Position numbers and translations under genes: made by a program. The notes below the pieces were generated by a model, which saw only the letters and a program-made list of their open reading frames with translations, did not search any database and was not told the origin of the DNA. A stretch of 59,880 nucleotides of DNA from Escherichia phage vB_Eco_SLUR75: the sequence record LR025197.1; one strand, given 5' to 3'. Of the stretch, positions 53,150 to 59,880 are shown piece by piece (the first letter of the stretch is position 1; each line of letters begins with the position of its first letter).

Positions 53150-55490
53150 ATTCCTCTTCTCCTAAGTTTGCCATAATACCTTCAACATCTTGCGTAATGC
53201 GCCAAGCTGCGCCAGTGAATCCCAGTTTGATAGTCTCCTCCCGTGTTACCGGAACAAGAGCACCCATAGCAACCATCTCCTTGATCGTAGACTCAATTGC
53301 TGCGGACAATCCGTGGTGATAGTTTTTAAACGCGGACTTACTTGCAAGACGAGTAGTAATATCACCCCGCGTGATTATGCCTTCCTTACGCAGATCTACA
53401 CGTTTAACTTTCACCCAATCTTTAGTTAGATAATTCACACAAACCTGGCACATAGTACGGATACGAGCTTCGTCATTAGTACCGATACCCCCACTATGCC
53501 ATTCCTTCATAATGATATCCTGTCCATGACGCACAAAGTCCAAGGCCCATTGAACATGATAGGTCTGCACAACCGGATTGATCCAGTTTTCTCCCACAGC
53601 TAACAGGGCGGATAGACGTAACACCTTCAGGTGCGCACGGTTCCACGGCTGACGGATTGCTTCGTCTTTGGTTGCGTTAATATTACGGTCACATTCGTCG
53701 TTAAACTGATCACATAATGCTTCCGCATCCGGGCTAAACTGCACTTCAATACTTTGATGCTTTGCCATTGCGACTAAGGTGTGGTTAACAAGATGGCACA
53801 CCATATCCCGCAAATGCTGATCCATTGTAGTCTGCTGGTTCTTGTTTAAAGGTGGTCGATCCCCTTCATAGCGGACAACATGGAAACGGGATAAGAAACC
53901 ATCCTCCATCATTTCACGCGTCAACGCTTCAAAAAACGTGTCCGGTGTCGTTTCGCCCATGATGCTATAGGCCACACCTTGTTGAGCTTCCGTATTATTA
54001 GCCTTATCAGAATAAGACATACCACCGACAATAGACATCTGACCAGACTTTTGATAAACATCGGTGAGGTCGTTCTTGAAGCTTTGCATCGGTGAACCTG
54101 CTGGCGCTGTTGCCATTGCTTTAATAATCTTACCAAACTCACCGTTCAAGTTGATAAAAGATTGTTTGTCCGCAAAAGATTTACGCAACGCAGAGCCGGA
54201 AGCGCATCGGTCAAAAGATACAAAGCTATGAATCTGCGGAAACGGTTCCTGAAGCTGGCTAACTATATTAGATAGACCACTGTTCAACGTTTCTTTACCA
54301 ACACCAGAACGAGCAATAAGGACAAAATATCCATTAAGACCGGATTGAGGAATCTGCCAAACCTTCCCGCATACGCCAGCCATAAATCCTAGTGCTGTCA
54401 CAATAGAAATTTCTTTCACTGGTCGGACGGATGCTTTGTAGATGTACTTCGCAAGCTCCCCAGCAAGTCCCGGCGGCCAGTCAATAGCGGTTGCATCAAT
54501 AGATGTACTTTCTGCAACTACTGTCTGCCCCTGTGTTGTTTCAACAGTTACGGGCATTTCCGCTACCTGCTGCATTGCACTGTGTGCCGCTTGCATACGG
54601 GCAGCATAATCCCGCGCCAGCGCCGCTACGTTTTCCTGGGCAATGCGCTCACGCTCCATGCGACCGCGACACATACGCAAGCAACGGTCAATATGAACAT
54701 TGTTCTTATTAGCCTTCTCACGTTTGCCCAGTGCGCTATAACGGAACAGACGACGACATTGCTCATTACTTTCCGTGTAAAATGCATACATAGAAATAAG
54801 GGCAAGGTCTGCTTCAGACTGGGAAGGGAATCCCATTTCAACCCATTCACCATTAAATAACCGCGCATACTTATCACCGTTATCTGCTTCAAGTGCGCGC
54901 TGATGAATAGTTGCATCATCTTCTACCGGATCTTTTTCTACCAGTTCAATTTCATATGTCTTGCGCTGAAGATCAATTTCATTCACAAGCATCGTAAGGT
55001 AATGATCACGTTCTGCAACTGGTTTGTTGTAGACGGGATTGCCCGTGCAGATAATAAAACGCTCCTGACTATAAACCTCGACACCATCACGTCGACGACC
55101 TTTACCGATGTTACCTCTTAACCACAGGTGAACACCCAAGCCTGAGCGGCTCACTTCGGTGTAAGTATCGAACGCAGTCATGATCTGTTCGAAGCGGCGC
55201 AACTGCTCCGGCGTCGTGTGCTTCTTGGGATCAGGTTCATTGGTTGCATTCTTCACATCCAGGTCGATGCAGGTGAACGGGTCTTGTGCAGTAAGCACGA
55301 ATCCAATATAAGGTTTATTGAAATGAGCGGCGCAACCTTTGGCAGCTTCAAACGTCATAAGCATATCCGGATCGGTAACGTCCGCCGCCATCAAACGTCC
55401 AATATCGCTATCCCATACCAACGGCTTTTTATCCGCATCGGCGACCGCCCATTGTGGGAAAGCTTTAATTTCAGCGGGAAACAGTTCCAT
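53148..55490 (-). CDS. Primase-polymerase / helicase fusion (780 aa)
   Basis: N-terminal archaeo-eukaryotic-primase-like motifs CIDLDVKN and GLGVHLWLRGN; central P-loop LIARSGVGKETL. Confidence 0.6.
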   Translation of the reverse strand: MELFPAEIKAFPQWAVADADKKPLVWDSDIGRLMAADVTDPDMLMTFEAAKGCAAHFNKPYIGFVLTAQDPFTCIDLDVKNATNEPDPKKHTTPEQLRRFEQIMTAFDTYTEVSRSGLGVHLWLRGNIGKGRRRDGVEVYSQERFIICTGNPVYNKPVAERDHYLTMLVNEIDLQRKTYEIELVEKDPVEDDATIHQRALEADNGDKYARLFNGEWVEMGFPSQSEADLALISMYAFYTESNEQCRRLFRYSALGKREKANKNNVHIDRCLRMCRGRMERERIAQENVAALARDYAARMQAAHSAMQQVAEMPVTVETTQGQTVVAESTSIDATAIDWPPGLAGELAKYIYKASVRPVKEISIVTALGFMAGVCGKVWQIPQSGLNGYFVLIARSGVGKETLNSGLSNIVSQLQEPFPQIHSFVSFDRCASGSALRKSFADKQSFINLNGEFGKIIKAMATAPAGSPMQSFKNDLTDVYQKSGQMSIVGGMSYSDKANNTEAQQGVAYSIMGETTPDTFFEALTREMMEDGFLSRFHVVRYEGDRPPLNKNQQTTMDQHLRDMVCHLVNHTLVAMAKHQSIEVQFSPDAEALCDQFNDECDRNINATKDEAIRQPWNRAHLKVLRLSALLAVGENWINPVVQTYHVQWALDFVRHGQDIIMKEWHSGGIGTNDEARIRTMCQVCVNYLTKDWVKVKRVDLRKEGIITRGDITTRLASKSAFKNYHHGLSAAIESTIKEMVAMGALVPVTREETIKLGFTGAAWRITQDVEGIMANLGEEE

Positions 55491-55496
55491 ATTAAA

Positions 55497-55700
55497 TTAA
55501 GACCTCCGACGCTTATCGCCTTGCATCTTTTCCAGGGCGGGTACTGCTAAGGAACGTTTGTAGATGTACTGGTTAGCAATTCTGATGGCGCCCGGGATGC
55601 TGTCACGTATGCGCGACATCTTAAACTTAGATATGCCATAACGGTCTTCAATTTCCGCCGCCGTTATGTAGTTCAAATCAAATTCTGATTCGTGATCCAT
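55497..55700 (-). CDS. Small HTH DNA-binding protein (67 aa)
   Basis: ATG at M19 of track ORF with RBS GGAGGG; helix-turn-helix-like ITAAEIEDRYGISKFKMSRI. Confidence 0.5.
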   Translation of the reverse strand: MDHESEFDLNYITAAEIEDRYGISKFKMSRIRDSIPGAIRIANQYIYKRSLAVPALEKMQGDKRRRS

Positions 55701-55765
55701 AATACCCTCCGTTACAACCGTCCACACAATACACAGTAAAGTCTTATTTTGCAACTATTTTTGCA

Positions 55766-56494
55766 TTATTGCGGAGTTGTGATAATATGGTTACCAACTT
55801 CTAACATAACGTCTTGAGGCTCCCGTCCCTGTCTTAAGCTAATGAGCCAATTATCAATATTAGGAAGAATATTTTTAGCCTGCTCAGAATCCCTGTATAG
55901 TGCAAGATCTACCCATTGAGCCCCAAGCTTCACACGGATAGCGGTAGCGGTTTCGTAATGGTGGAGGGAACACGTAGGCCAGCGACCTCGATTGTCCCAG
56001 TCCTGGATATCGCCGCTCCGGCGCATTCTGTACCAGCGATGGGTTAGTTTATCCATTTCCTTATCCGTCAAAGCATCCCCTTTGAGCAAAGCTTGGCGCT
56101 GTATCCAGGCCTTGAGCTCGGCGTTTTCCTTGCGCCCGGTTTTACCCTTAACTACTTTTACCTTCAGTGCTTCCTCATAGGGATCGTTACCCTTGCCCAT
56201 GTGGTAATTGAATTTGCCCGTATAGCTGCGAAGCTCTTTGGCGTCCAGTTCATGTCCCAGCTTATCGCTAACCCATGCAAGGAAAGCCGTACGCTCTGCA
56301 TCCAGTTTACCCGCTTTTTGTCTTACCGCTTTTTTAACTGGTTGCTCCACATCTTCGTTGAAGTAATCCTCCACCATAGCAAGCGCCTGAGCCTTAGTGG
56401 GTACGCCCCGTAACCGCGAGCACGCTTGCACGACCCAGGCAGCAAAGCACAAATCCTTGACCACAGTTTTAGATGTAATAGTTTCTTCGCTCAT
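55766..56494 (-). CDS. Hypothetical protein, possibly replication-associated (242 aa)
   Basis: Strong RBS AGGAGG; directly downstream of the iteron/AT-rich region. Confidence 0.5.
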   Translation of the reverse strand: MSEETITSKTVVKDLCFAAWVVQACSRLRGVPTKAQALAMVEDYFNEDVEQPVKKAVRQKAGKLDAERTAFLAWVSDKLGHELDAKELRSYTGKFNYHMGKGNDPYEEALKVKVVKGKTGRKENAELKAWIQRQALLKGDALTDKEMDKLTHRWYRMRRSGDIQDWDNRGRWPTCSLHHYETATAIRVKLGAQWVDLALYRDSEQAKNILPNIDNWLISLRQGREPQDVMLEVGNHIITTPQ

Positions 56495-57163
56495 AAATCC
56501 TCCTAGTGAACTGGTAATGCCACTATAAAACAGCTATTAGCTATTTGCAAGAATTGTTTTAATATAGTGCTTAGTGGCGTACATAGTGGGCAAAAACGTG
56601 TATAGTACGCCGTTACTGGCTTTGTAAAAGTTTGCCACTATAAACCACTATCCCACTATTCACTAATTTTTTATTTTTACACAGAGCAAAGTTTATAAGT
56701 TTACGGTTTCCCCCTTATTACCCCGTTTTCAAACAAAGAATTAGTAGTAGTAGTGAAAACGTGTAAATGCCACTATCACTACTATACTATTAATTATCTG
56801 AAAAAAGTTGGGAGTATACCCCTATAAACTTATAAACTTTCAGTCAACTAACTAAAATAAAACTAATTAAACTAATATTAATAATAACTATAAATATATA
56901 TAAAATAAGGATTTATTATTATTGTATATAGTACCTATTGGTATTATGTGATGAGTTTATAGTCACTAAATAAACTCTATAAATTTTAATAAACCTGAAC
57001 GGATGCAGATCAAAAATGAGAAGTCAAGTGCTTTTGAGGGAAATTTATTGAACTATTGTGATCGGGAGGTATATCAAGCTATAATGCGCTTAATCGCGGG
57101 ATATTGGAGGAGGACTTTATTGCGCGGTTAACCGGACCAGTAGGAGGGCTGGCCCGGAGTAGT
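56495..57163. promoter_or_regulatory. Candidate replication origin / control region: CCACTAT iterons plus AT-rich tract
   Basis: At least five direct and two inverted copies of CCACTAT within about 56520..56776, two copies of AAACGTGTA, then about 200 bp of extreme AT-richness (about 56800..57000). Confidence 0.45.
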
Positions 57164-57490
57164 TTAGAGCTGTACAGGTATGAAGTGGGCTAATGTGTCG
57201 TCGGACATGATACCCGACAATTTTTCGCTTACCCATTCGGACCAAATGCTATCCGGTTCCTGGCGGTGTACAAACCAGATTTCGGATGTGCCTTCTTTGC
57301 GCATCGGCTGCACTTCTACAAGGAACTTGTCCTGCATGAGGCGGGTGAAGCATACGCTAGTCATTGGAACTGGCTTTTCGTGTTTATTGTAATAAGGAGT
57401 CAGTAATTTATTTCCGAAGTTGGCAACTTCATAAACTGTTCCTTTGCGAAGACCTCTGATGTCTGTGTAAGAGCGGATAAATGTTTTCAT
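57164..57490 (-). CDS. Hypothetical protein (108 aa)
   Basis: ORF with AGGAG-like RBS upstream. Confidence 0.5.
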   Translation of the reverse strand: MKTFIRSYTDIRGLRKGTVYEVANFGNKLLTPYYNKHEKPVPMTSVCFTRLMQDKFLVEVQPMRKEGTSEIWFVHRQEPDSIWSEWVSEKLSGIMSDDTLAHFIPVQL

Positions 57491-57540
57491 GTTTACTCCT
57501 AGGGCTCCCGCAGAAGCCCGTTGGTTGATGTGGTTATAGA

Positions 57541-58122
57541 TTATGCGTCCAGTCCGTTATATTTGCGCCAGGCGTAGAACTGAATGGCAACCGTTGTCCC
57601 GTTGTAAGAAGGCATTGCAGCTTTCATTTCTTTCAGCTCCGGCGTGCGGCCCAGTTCGGCTAAAAGTTTATCGCCCATTGCCCACACTTCGGCGGTTTTT
57701 CCTTTCAGGGGCTTGCGAGCGCCATTTTTGAAATCACAGCGAGCAGCTTTTGCATCCTGTTTTGGCGCGGCAGCTTTTGGCTCTTCAATTTTGATTTCAG
57801 AAACCTGCGTGGCAGCTTTTGCGTGTTTCATATCTTTCTCTTCCTCCTGCTCCAGAGCTTCGAGGCAGCTTTTGACGATTTCCGGATTTACCATCGGGCG
57901 CAGTACCGAGACGCTGGCAGCTGGCGCGGCGGTCGGTGCCGGGACTTTCTGCTCCGGCTGTTGCGCTTTTTTATGGTCGCGCAGCACCTGAAGCACTTCT
58001 TTCTCGACGATGTAAAAACCAATCTCGTCCTGATGGATAAGCTGTTCGTGTGCGTCGCGTGCAACCTGGCCCCAGCGGGTCTTAAGGGCGCGGCGTGCAT
58101 TCGTTTTCATGGTGTAGCGCAT
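57541..58122 (-). CDS. Hypothetical protein sharing C-terminal domain with the KA-rich protein (193 aa)
   Basis: ATG at M27 of track ORF (track start is GTG); C-terminal AEVWAMGDKLLAELG...YAWRKYNG parallels RAWALMDQISATLG...YARWKKFNG of ORF 41107..41919. Confidence 0.5.
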   Translation of the reverse strand: MRYTMKTNARRALKTRWGQVARDAHEQLIHQDEIGFYIVEKEVLQVLRDHKKAQQPEQKVPAPTAAPAASVSVLRPMVNPEIVKSCLEALEQEEEKDMKHAKAATQVSEIKIEEPKAAAPKQDAKAARCDFKNGARKPLKGKTAEVWAMGDKLLAELGRTPELKEMKAAMPSYNGTTVAIQFYAWRKYNGLDA

Positions 58123-58228
58123 TTTGTCCTGTTCGCGGTGGGTTACTTTAGACACGGTATAGCTCCTTTCGTTAATATTAGTTTGCTTATTACTGCCCAC
58201 CGTAATGATGAGCAGTGTATAAGAAAAC

Positions 58229-58477
58229 TTACTGCACGATTGCTACGAAATCGGCGGTTGCGATATCCATGCTTGCGAAAGCAACGATGCTATAGTCGGT
58301 GTCGTTGTCCGCGTTAAACGCTTTGAGGAACTGCTGTACTGCTGCTTTATGGTTAAGAGTTACGTCGACAGCGTAGTCCCAGCTATAGACTTTGCGCTTG
58401 CCAAAACCTTTAACAGCAATGCGTGCGCTTTTAGTGTTGGTTGGTGCCAAAAATTTGGTGACGATAGAAGTAGCCAT
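58229..58477 (-). CDS. Hypothetical protein (82 aa)
   Basis: ORF with GAGGA RBS upstream. Confidence 0.5.
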   Translation of the reverse strand: MATSIVTKFLAPTNTKSARIAVKGFGKRKVYSWDYAVDVTLNHKAAVQQFLKAFNADNDTDYSIVAFASMDIATADFVAIVQ

Positions 58478-58545
58478 GATGTAATCCTCGTTTTGTTTAA
58501 GTTGACTTATTATTGCCCAGTCAGATCAACTAGGCAAGATATAAA

Positions 58546-58758
58546 TCACTTAATTTGTACTAAATCGTATTCCTTGTAGATGTCGCTAATGTACATATCG
58601 AACTGGCCCATTAAGAAGATTTCGGCCTCCTCCCAGCTTGGGGCAGATACATAACCAGCTATTTTACCGGACGCGAGTTCCACTAATTTGAATTCCATGA
58701 TGTAACCCTTAATGTGGTTAAGCAGTATTGCTTTGTTGAAGTAATAATAGCCTTGCAT
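58546..58758 (-). CDS. Hypothetical protein (70 aa)
   Basis: First gene of the reverse arm. Confidence 0.45.
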   Translation of the reverse strand: MQGYYYFNKAILLNHIKGYIMEFKLVELASGKIAGYVSAPSWEEAEIFLMGQFDMYISDIYKEYDLVQIK

Positions 58759-59376
58759 CGTGATATTGAATAGGCCAAAAGTGCTATTTTAGAATTGTTT
58801 TGTATCTATAGTAGTACACATGCAGCTACGTAAAAAGTTGGCGCCAACAATACTGCAAACGATATAGATTTTGTGTGCGTCTTCCATAGTGCGGATAACG
58901 TCTATTATGTTAAATAGCTAAGTTGTTGATTTATGGTATGCCCTGCAATGCATTGGATAGTTAAGTGGTCTAAGCTATTGTTTTAAAAGGAGTTAAAATT
59001 TTGCTGTCTGCCAGCTGTAAAACGTTATGTCATTTACTGACATAAAATGTTGTCACCGAAATAGCACGTTTGGCCTAGACACAGATCAGGTCATGCGGTA
59101 CTATATAGTCAAAGGAAAGGGAAGCAGAAGTTGCAAAGTACCAATCCCGAGTAGTAAAGGTTAGGGAAAGCTGAATAGCTAAAGTACCTAACAGGTAGTC
59201 GGAAGGTGAATCGTCCGGATGAAAAAGGCCGGCAAGTGTTGAGACAAGGGCACGTTGAGTAACTCCCGAACAGGGGGCCTCCAAGACACCTTCTCCGGTC
59301 CCGCGGGATCCGGGACCTTCCGGGACTACCAACCAAAGAAGCAACAAAATAGTAGACAAAGCGAGAGGTAGGTATC
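58759..59376. promoter_or_regulatory. Divergent control region between the two arms
   Basis: About 620 bp without convincing ORFs: AT-rich proximal part, then purine-rich GC-rich segment with hairpin GGTCCCGCGGGATCCGGGACC. Confidence 0.45.
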
Positions 59377-59520
59377 ATGGTCCGCAAATACACGCTTACA
59401 CGCGCACAGCACGCGTTATTATTGCAGGTCATGCGCATGGAGTACGAAGAGACTACATGGGCGCAAGCTATGCAGACAGGGCGCGAGTTCTACGCGCAAC
59501 TAATAGCACAAAATGCCTAG
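59377..59520 (+). CDS. Candidate small ORF (47 aa)
   Basis: ATG preceded by GAGAGGTAGG; below the ORF-track size cutoff. Confidence 0.3.
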   Translation: MVRKYTLTRAQHALLLQVMRMEYEETTWAQAMQTGREFYAQLIAQNA

Positions 59521-59578
59521 ACAACATGATCGGTCTGGTGGATACTACACACATCAACCAAACAACGGGGTAAACAAA

Positions 59579-59806
59579 ATGCGTAGTTTCAAATGTGTAA
59601 GCGTAAATGCTACTGGTAACGGTCTGTTCACGGCAGGTAATGTATATGACTTCAACATGGAAAGTTATAAAGACACAACGCTTACAGGTGTAATGTTCGG
59701 TGGCGCTCGTGTCGTTCGCTGCCATTTAAACAAGAACACGGAAAATGAATATACCCTTATCAGTCGCTACACGGGCGAGCCGTTAGCTGTGTTCCATGCA
59801 GCTTAA
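59579..59806 (+). CDS. Hypothetical protein spanning the terminal-repeat junction (75 aa)
   Basis: ATG at M23 of track ORF 59513..59806; its last 53 nt lie inside the 127-nt repeat, so a partial copy occupies window positions 1..53. Confidence 0.4.
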   Translation: MRSFKCVSVNATGNGLFTAGNVYDFNMESYKDTTLTGVMFGGARVVRCHLNKNTENEYTLISRYTGEPLAVFHAA

Positions 59807-59880
59807 GCTATAACGCACACAGCGCCGCGCTAGCGAGCTAATGTACATAGGTAATGGTAATGCATTAGCTCGGGCGAAAC
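59754..59880. repeat. Terminal redundancy, identical to 1..127
   Basis: Same 127-nt sequence as the window start. Confidence 0.85.

Noticed and set aside
59075-59725. Reverse-strand ORFs 59075..59359, 59109..59438 and 59468..59725 in the control region
   Set aside because: Mutually overlapping, no RBS, Pro/Arg/Gly-rich translations typical of reading GC-rich noncoding DNA; they conflict with forward-strand ORFs that have RBS support.
1-59880. Search for CRISPR arrays, tRNA genes, integrase or repressor
   Set aside because: No spaced repeat array, no tRNA-like T-loop or anticodon-stem pattern in intergenic regions, and no integrase or CI-like protein recognised; absence is by eye only and should be confirmed with tRNAscan-type and HMM tools.

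Overview
This window is an essentially complete tailed-phage genome of about 59.75 kb (siphovirus-type, enterobacterial-like codon usage and RBS). The first 127 nt are repeated exactly at the end (1..127 = 59754..59880), so the unique genome is about 59,753 bp. Genes form two convergent arms. The forward arm (about 490..30823) carries small early genes, a lysis cassette, terminase, portal, scaffold, capsid, a tail-chaperone pair with a programmed -1 frameshift, tape measure, a lambda-J-like tail tip and a tail fiber. The reverse arm (58758 down to 30854) carries replication, recombination and nucleotide-metabolism genes. The outstanding feature is a 7-deazaguanine DNA-modification cluster (folE, queD, queE, queC plus a DpdA-like transglycosylase) with several unassigned genes embedded in it. 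From memory, the size and gene content resemble CAjan/Seurat- and 9g-like coliphages; I could not verify this by search. No integrase, repressor, tRNA or CRISPR array was recognised, so a virulent lifestyle is likely. Start codons were refined from the ORF track (which includes GTG/TTG starts) using RBS and coupling; terminator and repeat coordinates are approximate (about +/-2 nt). All functional calls rest on motifs read by eye, not on database searches.
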